Assembly: GCA_030429505.1 (NCBI GenBank)
Contig: JAUIFI010000001.1
Span: 120,001 to 152,000, forward strand
Direction of reading: 5' to 3'
Length of the DNA stretch: 32,000 nt
Source: Candidatus Saccharimonadota bacterium
GTDB lineage: Bacteria; Patescibacteriota; Gracilibacteria; UBA4473
Shown: positions 13,398 to 22,285 of the stretch, one piece after another
Layout of the letters: each line of letters begins with the position of its first letter
Numbering within the stretch: the stretch's first letter is position 1
The notes under the pieces: generated by a model
Databases searched by the model: none
What the model was told of the DNA's origin: nothing
Seen by the model: the letters and a program-made list of their open reading frames with translations, nothing else
Translations under genes and position numbers: made by a program

Positions 13398-15383
13398 CTA
13401 GAGTGAAAACTCATAGATCTTGTCTTTCGTCAAAACATTTACCTTTTGACCTGAATCATTTACATAAAAATCCACTACCCCTGGGATATCATAAATAACT
13501 TGTTTTTTATAAGTCGCAAATCTTTCTCCTTTGGTAAAGACTAAAACACGACTATTGTCAGGATCTAGTAAATACAAGAAATCATGACCTTTCCAGGTCA
13601 ATATTTTCAAATTTTTTCCTTCAAAAGGTACGGAAGGTAAATCTCGAAAAGCATATTGTTCATTCTGACCTCGAAGTAGTTTTTGTAAAGTTCCATCATC
13701 AGACAAAACATAAATAAATCCATCAATAGTCATGCTTACTGCTCGAGATAAATCTGCTGATTGATTGTAGGGAGCGGCATTCGAATAACTTGATCGTTGA
13801 CGTTCATACTTCCAAATCTGATTTTCTACCGGATCTAAAACATAAGTAAACCGACCATAAGTCTGTACATCAATACCCTTCTTCCATGCGTCATCCTCTG
13901 TCGTCATTGGGCTGATCGTTCCATCTCGGTATTCAATCACTCGAGGAGTATCCGTGTAGTACAAAATAGTATTCTGATCTGGTCTCGTTGTAGACGTCAC
14001 AATAACTTCATTACTTCCCACGGGAATTCCTTTTTCTACAATGTTACGGATCGTTTTAAAACTTTGATTCCGATCATGGACATATAAATTACCCCGAATT
14101 TCATTCATTCCTACCGCCTCTACATTATCATTTTTCACTCCTAAATCTGCCAGAAGTTGCGGATCAACAGTACGAGCATTCTCTATCTGGAGCTTCTTGT
14201 CCTGAACATCAGCCATCACAAACCGAGCATCTGACCGAAATTCTTTCGAAGAAGAATTAAGTACAATTTTAATTGAATCTTCAGCTTTTTTTAAAGCTTC
14301 CGCTGCCGACTGCCTTTCTCCTTCAAACAAAAATCTATCTGCTTGCTTCAAGGCTTCGCGAGCAATAGACAATTTTTCTCGAATTTCTTTGGTATTTTCC
14401 GACTCGTATTGGAGCAAGAATTTTACACCAATACCCAATAAGAAAAGTATTAATACCGATCCAGCAACGACCGTTAAGTTTTTCTGAGAAGAATTCTTAT
14501 CAAAATTTTTGAAAATATTCGCAATATTAAGATTCTTTTTTAACCAAGCAATACAATCAGAAAATATATCTTTTCTCAAAAAGGGAGGAGTCTTTTGGAT
14601 TTTTCTGACGGGAGTTTTTTGCTCTTCTTCTGTAGGAGTGGGAGTTGTTTTATCTTCAGTTTTAGGAGAGTTTGAAGAGGATGCTACTTTCGCAGGCGAT
14701 TCTTTTTTCTTTGTAGATTTTGTGGCAACCACTCGAGACAAAAACCCAGCCGTCTTGCTTTTTTCCTTTTTACCAATCCCAATCGCCGTGACTAAAATAC
14801 TCTCATTACTATGCGCTGAAAGCTCATGTTTAAATAAAGATACACTTTCAGAAAAGTCGCTTCGTTCAAAAATATCTACCAGCTGGTGAGCAGTCACAAT
14901 ACGTAGCAAACGACTAGATGCAATAATGACTGTATCTTCCACAGCTACTTGCCCACTTAAAATATTGGTAAATAAAATATCTTTATGAGGAGAGTTTTCA
15001 GTAATCTGACTGACATTAGCACCTCTAACAAGATAAGCTTCAGATTCTCCGGACTGAGATAAATACAAATTATGAAAATCAAAAAACGTTACCACGATCT
15101 CGGGATTTCGAGGTACTTGAGCCTTTCTTTTCTGAATTTCTAGGTTTGCGACTTTAAGTGCATCTTCAAATAAGTCATAGCTATCAGCTATGCTAGAATT
15201 TTTAAACGCATCAACCATCGTTCCAAATACAGCCTCCGCAAAACTTCTTGAATCAACTGTGTCTTCATCGAATTTCGCTAAAAAATAAAGCTCCCGCCCC
15301 TCTCCCAAGGTTTCATGAAACGCAAAACTATAATTCCCTCCTGTGGGATTAGTCTCGAAAGTATGAACAGAAAAAGAAGACAT
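13398..15383 (-). CDS. membrane protein: degenerate PP2C-like N-terminal domain, one TM segment, beta-propeller-like C-terminal domain
   Basis: 661 aa from the ATG at 15383. The N-terminal pattern ESEAYLVRGANVSQITE ... DTVIIASSRLLRIV ... ILVTAIGI resembles the PPM fold but has no DGxGG metal motif. K/T/P-rich linker. TM segment LTVVAGSVLILFLLGIGVKFLL. C-terminal repeats of the type FTYVLDPVENQIWKY, FIYVLSDDGTLQKL, FLYLLDPDNSRVLVF. Confidence 0.7.
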   Translation of the reverse strand: MSSFSVHTFETNPTGGNYSFAFHETLGEGRELYFLAKFDEDTVDSRSFAEAVFGTMVDAFKNSSIADSYDLFEDALKVANLEIQKRKAQVPRNPEIVVTFFDFHNLYLSQSGESEAYLVRGANVSQITENSPHKDILFTNILSGQVAVEDTVIIASSRLLRIVTAHQLVDIFERSDFSESVSLFKHELSAHSNESILVTAIGIGKKEKSKTAGFLSRVVATKSTKKKESPAKVASSSNSPKTEDKTTPTPTEEEQKTPVRKIQKTPPFLRKDIFSDCIAWLKKNLNIANIFKNFDKNSSQKNLTVVAGSVLILFLLGIGVKFLLQYESENTKEIREKLSIAREALKQADRFLFEGERQSAAEALKKAEDSIKIVLNSSSKEFRSDARFVMADVQDKKLQIENARTVDPQLLADLGVKNDNVEAVGMNEIRGNLYVHDRNQSFKTIRNIVEKGIPVGSNEVIVTSTTRPDQNTILYYTDTPRVIEYRDGTISPMTTEDDAWKKGIDVQTYGRFTYVLDPVENQIWKYERQRSSYSNAAPYNQSADLSRAVSMTIDGFIYVLSDDGTLQKLLRGQNEQYAFRDLPSVPFEGKNLKILTWKGHDFLYLLDPDNSRVLVFTKGERFATYKKQVIYDIPGVVDFYVNDSGQKVNVLTKDKIYEFSL

Positions 15384-15464
15384 ACGCAAAAACTCAAATA
15401 GTTTCTCTCCCCATTTATATCACAAAATTCCCTCTGGGAAAAAAGAATTTGTCTCGAAAATTAT

Positions 15465-15493
15465 TTGATAAAATGATGTTAATATGTTATTAT
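15465..15493 (+). promoter_or_regulatory. candidate promoter with extended -10 for the permease-HEAT gene
   Basis: TTGATA (15465-15470), 17-nt spacer ending in TGt, TATTAT (15488-15493). ATG at 15510. No Shine-Dalgarno. Confidence 0.4.
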
Positions 15494-15509
15494 ATAAATT
15501 GACAAAAAG

Positions 15510-17957
15510 ATGAATTTATTCAAAAACATATATAAAAAATTAGGTGTGCCAGAGATAGAGCAAGGAGCTGTTTCTACATCATGGCTTGCTCGCTTCTTTT
15601 TCCAAATAGGGTTTGTAGTAGCTTGGACAATTATAACAGCCCTTTTTGTAGAACAATTTGGTATTGCAAACCTTCCTTGGCTTTTTTTGATTGAGGCAAT
15701 TCTTTACATATTAGGAAGTGTCGGTGCGAGTTTTTTTCTCGAAAAAATATCAATGAGATTTTTCCTCTTGATTACAAACCTTTCGACACTAGTACTTTTG
15801 CTTTCCGCCTTACTTTTAAATTTATCCCCAGTGGTATTTTTTGGTTTGATCCTTAGTGCTAAAAGCTTAGTTTTTTCGCAAGTTAATATTGCTTTATACC
15901 GGAGAACCGAAACATTATTCTCAACATCCCAGGCACAGAAAACCATGCCTATTATTGAATCAGCTATTACTATAGGAGCAGTTGTGGGAGCAGCACTAAC
16001 TCTGGTTATGTTAGATATTCTTCCAGGAAATGAAACCCAATTCGTTCTGACTATTTGGGGAATATCTTTGATTGGAATAGCCCTAGTAACATGGTTTTCA
16101 CCAAAGCTCCTTCATTTCATCCCGCATCCTCAAAAAAAGGCACAAGAAAAAATAGAAAAATCAGTCAAAAATCCCCTTGATGAAGCTTTTTTAGCACTTA
16201 AAAACACTCGGTTTATCAAACATATTTCTCTGCTTCTTGTTCTTCAAATGGCTGTTTTTACCATTATTGAAATAGAATTTACAAAAGAAGTGCAAAGTCA
16301 TATTACGCATACTCCCTATGATGCAGTCTCTGTATCAGGACATGACCTTCAGGCTAGTATTTTAGATGTAGCCAAAGAAAAAGCTTCCGATATTTCTCAT
16401 CATATTAAAGAGACAGGAGAAGCTGTTTCATCAAAACTCATTATGCATGAGAGTTTAGCTCATGATTTGGGAATGTTTCACCTGATTTTTGCCATCTTAG
16501 CATTATTTTTTCAACTCCTTCTTACTCCTTATATTCTCGCTAAGCTTGGTATTGTTCGTTCTATTATTTCCTACTTTGGTGTTTTATCTTTATCAGTATG
16601 TGGAGTCATTCTCGGGTACATTCCTGTGAGCTTACTACGAATTATTCAGCATAGTACTCATTCGGTTGGGGAATCTGCTTATCACATCAGTTACTATTCT
16701 ATTTTTGAACATAACAGAGAAGCCGTTCGACTTTTTCTGGAAGGTATTATGAAACCAATAGGAATCGGTTTATCTGTATTTATCATATTTTCAATTCCAC
16801 ATCACTGGCTGTTTTATACTATCCTAAGTATCCTTATTCTTATGCTTGTAATTGGTATCAGAATGAGGTTGAGTTTTACAAAGTTATCACAACAAAACTT
16901 ACGAGCTCATCAAAATATTGAAGCCAAAGTCAGTTCCGTAGAAGTGTTAGGACAAAGTGGTCATAAGGATCCAGCTTCTATTCTCACCACAGAGTTAAAA
17001 AGAAAAGAAGAACATCCCGTAATTCGAGAGAAAATTATACACACTTTGTCTGACATTAACGATCCGAAGATCGTTCATCAATACCTTCATATTCTTCGGG
17101 ATCCTCAAGAAGATCTAGACCTAAAAAACAAAATTTTGGAATCACTTTTCAGTCTTCATATCCCAGAAAGTTATTGGAAAAAACACGCCTTTACTCGATA
17201 CCATTTACTTAATACACTGAAACACAGTTTTGATATTCATGATCATCCTTACACGAGAAAAAGAATTATCATGAACATCTTCAAGCACCTTCCTCACCAC
17301 GAAATAGCTCCTTTCTTTTTAGAAAATATCCAGAAAGTCGATGACAAGCTTAAATCAATTTACCTGCGTTCATGTAAAATGTTCGAAGATCCGGAAATTG
17401 TTTTTTATGTCCGTGATTACATAAAACACACAAATCCCATGATTCAAAGTCATGCTATAATTGCACTTTGGAAATTTGAAGATCAGGAAAACCTTCGAAA
17501 TATTCTTTATTCCTTGGCAGAAAAATCTGACGAAGAGTCCAAAAAATCAGCTTTTTATGCCTTAGGAGAAATTAAGGACGAAAAAAGTAAAGAACTTCTC
17601 TTCGCGCATAAGGATCATAAATCAAAAGAGGTTCGTCTACATACGGCTATTGCGCTCGCCAAGCTTGGTGATGAGAGAGCATTTCCACTACTAATAAACC
17701 TCCTTTTTGGAAAAGATATGAATATCTCTAAATCATGTTTTCGTATGCTTCATAGAGTCTCCGAAGACATTCGTTCGCAAATACAAAGAGAAATTCAATT
17801 TCAAGTCTCGCAAACCGTATCAAAAATTCTTACTCAACACATAGAAGACATGAATCAAAACCAAAGCATACCCCAAAAAACAAGAGAAATTCTGTATCAT
17901 TTGTATTGGTTAGCCGGACGATACGATGATTTACTCGCTTTGGAAAAGATAAAATAA
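15510..17957 (+). CDS. polytopic permease (MFS/Npt-like fold) fused to a C-terminal HEAT (PBS-lyase type) repeat domain
   Basis: 815 aa. About 450 N-terminal residues contain many hydrophobic helices. The C-terminal half carries HEAT-like units: VIREKIIHTLSDINDPKIV, MIQSHAIIALWKFEDQENL, SKKSAFYALGEIKDEKSKELL, EVRLHTAIALAKLGDERAFPLLINLL. Confidence 0.7.
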   Translation: MNLFKNIYKKLGVPEIEQGAVSTSWLARFFFQIGFVVAWTIITALFVEQFGIANLPWLFLIEAILYILGSVGASFFLEKISMRFFLLITNLSTLVLLLSALLLNLSPVVFFGLILSAKSLVFSQVNIALYRRTETLFSTSQAQKTMPIIESAITIGAVVGAALTLVMLDILPGNETQFVLTIWGISLIGIALVTWFSPKLLHFIPHPQKKAQEKIEKSVKNPLDEAFLALKNTRFIKHISLLLVLQMAVFTIIEIEFTKEVQSHITHTPYDAVSVSGHDLQASILDVAKEKASDISHHIKETGEAVSSKLIMHESLAHDLGMFHLIFAILALFFQLLLTPYILAKLGIVRSIISYFGVLSLSVCGVILGYIPVSLLRIIQHSTHSVGESAYHISYYSIFEHNREAVRLFLEGIMKPIGIGLSVFIIFSIPHHWLFYTILSILILMLVIGIRMRLSFTKLSQQNLRAHQNIEAKVSSVEVLGQSGHKDPASILTTELKRKEEHPVIREKIIHTLSDINDPKIVHQYLHILRDPQEDLDLKNKILESLFSLHIPESYWKKHAFTRYHLLNTLKHSFDIHDHPYTRKRIIMNIFKHLPHHEIAPFFLENIQKVDDKLKSIYLRSCKMFEDPEIVFYVRDYIKHTNPMIQSHAIIALWKFEDQENLRNILYSLAEKSDEESKKSAFYALGEIKDEKSKELLFAHKDHKSKEVRLHTAIALAKLGDERAFPLLINLLFGKDMNISKSCFRMLHRVSEDIRSQIQREIQFQVSQTVSKILTQHIEDMNQNQSIPQKTREILYHLYWLAGRYDDLLALEKIK

Positions 17958-17982
17958 ATCACATAAAAGAATAAATCTTCTA

Positions 17983-17991
17983 TGCTATACT
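17983..17991 (+). promoter_or_regulatory. extended -10 element (TGcTATACT), predicted leaderless transcript for the GT4 gene
   Basis: TGcTATACT is followed by 7 nt (caacgag) and then the ATG at 17999. No Shine-Dalgarno. Confidence 0.42.
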
Positions 17992-17998
17992 CAACGAG

Positions 17999-19000
17999 AT
18001 GAGTCTCTTTACTCTCTTTGGAATTGGCATTGCTATATCGAGCATATTTAGTTTTATTGCACTCAAAGTATTCCCTCATCTCAACCTTCTAGATTATCCA
18101 GAACGATACGGACTCAAGCGTAAGAAAATTCCATATCCCGGTGGTCTCATCTTTTTTATCCTCAGTCTTGTTTTTGTCATATTATATACGCCCTTTCAAT
18201 GGTTGATATTCCCATTGACTATCCTTGGGATCATTAGCTTTATAGATGACCGACATCCCTTTTCTCCCTTATTGAGACTTCTGATACATATTCTTATAGC
18301 TTCATTTGTTTTTTTTCAGGGACTTATTATCGAATTTATCGGAAATCCGTTCCATCCTGGTGAAAGCTTCGATCTTACTTCACTACCACTTTTGTCTTTT
18401 GCTCTAACCGTACTTTGGATCATAGTCATTCAGAACGCCATGAATTGGTTTGATGGACTCAAAGGCTTAAGTGTGGGAGTATCAGGTGTAGGATTTTTGA
18501 CACTTGGAATATTTGGTTTAGTCCGTCAAGAGGTCCTGTGGGAAGTCAATCTTGAGTATTTTTTACTCGCAACTTTTTATTTGGCGGGAATTTGCATTGG
18601 AGCCTTTTTTCTATTTTGGCGTGGAAAAATCATTTTGGGAGACACTGGTTCACAAATATTAGGATTTCTCCTCGCCGTCTTATCTATCTTTGCTGGCACG
18701 AAAATTGCAACTACCTTGCTTGTTCTTGGACTTCCCATTCTTGACTCTATTTTTGTAGTCTTCAGACGTTTATTCATTGAAAAAAAATCTCCTTTCAAAG
18801 GAGATCTAAAACATCTTCATCATAATCTTGCACGAAAAACAGGGGAGAGCAAAGCTACACTTTTTCTGATTGTAATATCAAGCGTATTTGGCAGTATTGC
18901 CATTTTTTTAACTGGAATGGAAAAAGTATACGCTCTGATAGGAGTGATATTACTAGTAGCCACTATCTATGTGTTGACAACAAAATCAGGAAAAAGTTAA
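17999..19000 (+). CDS. glycosyltransferase family 4, WecA/TagO-like polyprenyl-phosphate N-acetylhexosamine-1-phosphate transferase
   Basis: 333 aa and polytopic. Motifs: IISFIDD, NAMNWFDGLKGLSVG, GDTGSQILGFLLA, GDLKHLHHNLAR. The last is closer to the WecA/TagO HxHH type than to the MraY HHHFE type. Confidence 0.82.
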   Translation: MSLFTLFGIGIAISSIFSFIALKVFPHLNLLDYPERYGLKRKKIPYPGGLIFFILSLVFVILYTPFQWLIFPLTILGIISFIDDRHPFSPLLRLLIHILIASFVFFQGLIIEFIGNPFHPGESFDLTSLPLLSFALTVLWIIVIQNAMNWFDGLKGLSVGVSGVGFLTLGIFGLVRQEVLWEVNLEYFLLATFYLAGICIGAFFLFWRGKIILGDTGSQILGFLLAVLSIFAGTKIATTLLVLGLPILDSIFVVFRRLFIEKKSPFKGDLKHLHHNLARKTGESKATLFLIVISSVFGSIAIFLTGMEKVYALIGVILLVATIYVLTTKSGKS

Positions 19001-19009
19001 ATCTATCAA

Positions 19010-20035
19010 TTAACTCTCATTTTCCATAGAAGAGTCATACTGTCCCAAACTTGCCAAAGAGCAAAGTTTTGCTCTATTCAGAAGCATTTTTTGAGCCGCC
19101 TGTGTGTTTTGTGCCGGATCTTGGGCCCAAATTTTTAACGCCGGTGAATGAAGTGCTCGAGAAAAAGAAAAAGTAACTTGCCAAGGAAGATCTTTGTAGA
19201 GAGTGTGCATAGCATTGAGATGGGCAGTAGCTCTTTCGGTCGATTGTCCACCGGATAAAAAAGCAATGCCCGGAACCTCAGTAGGAACTGATTCCTGAAA
19301 ACATCGAATCGTCATATCAGCAACCTTTTCTACCAAAGCTTGCTCACTACACATATTCCCTGAAGTAATCATGCTCGGTTTGAGAATCACGCCTGGTAGA
19401 TGAACTTTATGACGCTTAAGTTTCATAAATAAAGCTGTCAAAACTTCCTTATTTACCTCATACGCTCGCTCAATGGTATGATCGCCATCAATAAGTACCT
19501 CAGGCTCTACAATCGGAACAATATCAGCTTCTTGACAAAGAGCTGCATAGCGAGCTAATGCATGCGTATTTACATCAATACAACCTTCAGTAGGTTTTTT
19601 ATCACCAATAACAAGCGCTGCCCTCCATTTGGCAAACTTGGCACCTAACTCTTTATACTCAACCAACCTTTCTCGAAGACCATCAAGTCCTTCAGCTATA
19701 GTTTCTCCTTCGTGCAAAGCAAGTTGTTTAGTTCCCTTATCCACCTTAATACCTGGGATAATGCCCTTCTCTTTCAAAACATCGACAAAAGGAATTCCAG
19801 TATGAGTCTGTTGACGTATCGTCTCATCAACAAGAATAATACCAGCTAAATAATCTTCTACGCCGGGAGTAGTAATAAGAATTTCCCGATAAGCTCTTCT
19901 CGTTTCTTCTGTAGAATGAATGCCTTCTGATTCAAATCTTTGTGTTGCTGTGCCAGCAGACTCGTCAGCAGCCAATAAGCCTTTTCCAGATTGGACCATT
20001 TGTCGTGCTACCTGCTCAAGTATCGTCGTATTCAT
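19010..20035 (-). CDS. fba: fructose-bisphosphate aldolase, class I (eukaryote/muscle type)
   Basis: 341 aa. Motifs: GKGLLAADESAGTATQRF, LPGVILKPSMI (Schiff-base Lys context), IAFLSGGQS, FSFSRALH. Confidence 0.93.
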   Translation of the reverse strand: MNTTILEQVARQMVQSGKGLLAADESAGTATQRFESEGIHSTEETRRAYREILITTPGVEDYLAGIILVDETIRQQTHTGIPFVDVLKEKGIIPGIKVDKGTKQLALHEGETIAEGLDGLRERLVEYKELGAKFAKWRAALVIGDKKPTEGCIDVNTHALARYAALCQEADIVPIVEPEVLIDGDHTIERAYEVNKEVLTALFMKLKRHKVHLPGVILKPSMITSGNMCSEQALVEKVADMTIRCFQESVPTEVPGIAFLSGGQSTERATAHLNAMHTLYKDLPWQVTFSFSRALHSPALKIWAQDPAQNTQAAQKMLLNRAKLCSLASLGQYDSSMENES

Positions 20036-20123
20036 AATGAAATTTTTTTAATAATACATCCCTCTCATTGTCCTTGAAAAATCAAGTCAGAGCAACCAAA
20101 AAAATTTGTTTCCATGAAAAAAG

Positions 20124-20132
20124 TGCTACAAT
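20124..20132 (+). promoter_or_regulatory. extended -10 element (TGcTACAAT) upstream of the surface-protein gene
   Basis: TGcTACAAT ends 10 nt before the ATG at 20143. The ATG at 20131 lies inside the hexamer, which argues for 20143 as the start. Confidence 0.4.
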
Positions 20133-20142
20133 GCAAGGGAGT

Positions 20143-22215
20143 ATGAAAACAAAAAAAAACCTTGTTGCTATTTTGTTCTCCTTATTCTTGGGAGTAGGAA
20201 GCGTAGCTGCTCAAGAAACATTTATCACAGTTCCTGACTCTCTTGCCGGAGAAGATAATCAAGTCAGAGTATCGGGACTTTTTGCTGAAGAAATTATTGA
20301 ATCTGAACTTATCCGACCAGATGAGACTTCGATAAAATTTCCCTCAAAAGCGGGTAAATCTGGAAGATTAGTTCAAGACATTCACGGTCTTCATGTTCGT
20401 TCAAGTGGACAATACGAATTAAAAATTATTCGAGCTGGACATGCAGAAAGTACCTTTTTTCATGTCTATCCAGGAGCAGTATCAGCTTATCTCTCCACTA
20501 TAGAAATAGAAAATCCCTCTGTCGAAGCAGACGGAGAAGCTGAAGCACGCTTTCGAGTGATACTGAAAGATGCGTTTGGAAACCCTATTCCTGAAAAAAA
20601 AGTTATGGTTATTTCTTCGCGAAATGAAGATCAGATCACAACCCAAAACATATCAGACAACACAGGAACATTATCGGGAAAGATAAAATCACGTACTCCC
20701 GGCGTAGCAACACTTTCTGCTTTTGTAGAAGAAGATGGAGTGGTTCTTTTTGAGAAACCAAATCTAGTTTTCTACCTCTCAGATACAACACTTCAAAATG
20801 TAGGATCAGGTGATCAGAGTTATGGAGAATATCTTAAGGCACAACTTTTTGAAGAAGAATCAGGTGAAGGTTTGGCGTACTTCTCCCTTGAGAATATTAA
20901 TACAAATCCCACGGTCAATGAAACTTTAACCGTAAAAGTAGTAGCGAAAGACTTAAACGGAGAAATCGTGAAAAACTATTTGGGAACCGTTCGATTTTCA
21001 TCATCTGATGAGAGAGCAATCCTCCCTGATGATTATGCCTTTACCCCAGAAGATGGAGGAGAACATACTTTTTTTCTTGCTTTATCCTTTCAAACTCCAG
21101 GACAGCAAACTCTCGCGGTTCATGATTTGGATGACTTTCGACGGTCAGGCGAACTTCCCATTAATGTGAGTTTAGGAGCCGATGAGCTCTTGGAAGTTCC
21201 CAGTGATACTGGACTTACTCTCCTTACCCCTAAACCAGGTACACTTCGATCATCTCGCGTCACCATTACCGGAGAAGCACAAGACGGTATTACGCACGTC
21301 AGACTTCAAGATGGTGAAGCAATACTTATTGGAGAACTCGAAGTCGATTCACAAGGCAATTTTGTTTACCAGACAGCAGCATTAGAAGATGGCACTCATA
21401 AATTTAAAGCTTATGACGTAGATTCAGACATAGAGTCCAATGAAATCACTATTCAGATCGACAAAACTCCTCCCGCTGATCTCACTATAGATATTCCTAC
21501 TGATCAAACCCTCGAGCCAGGACAGGAATTTGAAATTAATGTTAAAGCCAATGAACCATTGTCTGGAGTCAGTGTGGTTTTCCAAGATGTCTTAACGCAA
21601 ATGATTCCCTCTGGGGATGGTTTCCAAGTTACCTTAACAGCTCCATTGGAAGGGGGAGAATATCCGGTGAGTATAGTAGCTACAGACCTCCTTGGAAATG
21701 AAGGAGAAGAACCGGAAGCTGGAATTATTACAGTAGCCACTGAAGTTGTCGGAGAAATTCCAGTAGAATCAGACCAAGTTGCTCCCACTGGAGTCACAAA
21801 TGTTTCCGCCCAAAGCGGAGATGGGAAAATCACCCTTTTCTGGTCACCGGCAAAAGATAATGCTGGCATTGCCAATTATCGAGTCGAGTTTACCAGTGTT
21901 GGGCTTGACGAAGAGACACCATCTGAACTCACCTTCAATCAATTCAATCTCACTCCAGACGATCGAACCCAATGGTATGTAGATGAACTTGGTGATGATC
22001 AACGGTACTACTTCAGAGTCATAGCTATTGATCAGGACGGCAATGAAAGTCCTGCGAGTGAAATGATAGAATCAGTTACTACTGGAGCCCAAGAGTTTAT
22101 GCTGAGTTCAGCTCCAGAATTAGAACGAAGCGGAGCCGGTATCTCTATTGCTGCCATTCTCATTGCCCTTATAGGAGGAATCGGAGTCATGATGTTTTCA
22201 AGAAAAATAAGCTAA
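20143..22215 (+). CDS. cell-surface protein with bacterial Ig-like (Big_1/invasin-type) domains, an FN3 domain and a C-terminal TM anchor
   Basis: 690 aa from the ATG at 20143. Signal peptide MKTKKNLVAILFSLFLGVGSVAAQE. Big-like AEARFRVILKDAFGNPIPEKKVMVISS and TLTVKVVAKDLNGEIVKNYLGTVRFSS. FN3-like APTGVTNVSAQSGDGKITLFWSPAKDNAGIANYRVEF...YYFRVIAIDQDGNES. Anchor ISIAAILIALIGGIGVMMFSRK. Confidence 0.8.
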   Translation: MKTKKNLVAILFSLFLGVGSVAAQETFITVPDSLAGEDNQVRVSGLFAEEIIESELIRPDETSIKFPSKAGKSGRLVQDIHGLHVRSSGQYELKIIRAGHAESTFFHVYPGAVSAYLSTIEIENPSVEADGEAEARFRVILKDAFGNPIPEKKVMVISSRNEDQITTQNISDNTGTLSGKIKSRTPGVATLSAFVEEDGVVLFEKPNLVFYLSDTTLQNVGSGDQSYGEYLKAQLFEEESGEGLAYFSLENINTNPTVNETLTVKVVAKDLNGEIVKNYLGTVRFSSSDERAILPDDYAFTPEDGGEHTFFLALSFQTPGQQTLAVHDLDDFRRSGELPINVSLGADELLEVPSDTGLTLLTPKPGTLRSSRVTITGEAQDGITHVRLQDGEAILIGELEVDSQGNFVYQTAALEDGTHKFKAYDVDSDIESNEITIQIDKTPPADLTIDIPTDQTLEPGQEFEINVKANEPLSGVSVVFQDVLTQMIPSGDGFQVTLTAPLEGGEYPVSIVATDLLGNEGEEPEAGIITVATEVVGEIPVESDQVAPTGVTNVSAQSGDGKITLFWSPAKDNAGIANYRVEFTSVGLDEETPSELTFNQFNLTPDDRTQWYVDELGDDQRYYFRVIAIDQDGNESPASEMIESVTTGAQEFMLSSAPELERSGAGISIAAILIALIGGIGVMMFSRKIS

Positions 22216-22285
22216 GTTCAATTGACAAATCACTTCAATTTCGCCACAAAAGAAGCACGTTTTTTAGATTTAACAAAGAAAATAA

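Noticed and set aside
14509-14889. 126-aa plus-strand ORF, with similar internal opposite-strand ORFs such as 8048-8401, 21504-21875 and 23024-23290
   Set aside because: They lie entirely inside longer, better-supported genes on the other strand and have no recognisable motifs.
20068-20142. Longer N-terminus (TTG at 20068 or ATG at 20131) for the surface protein
   Set aside because: The extension precedes a textbook signal peptide starting at the ATG at 20143. In addition, the ATG at 20131 lies inside the TGcTACAAT -10 element.
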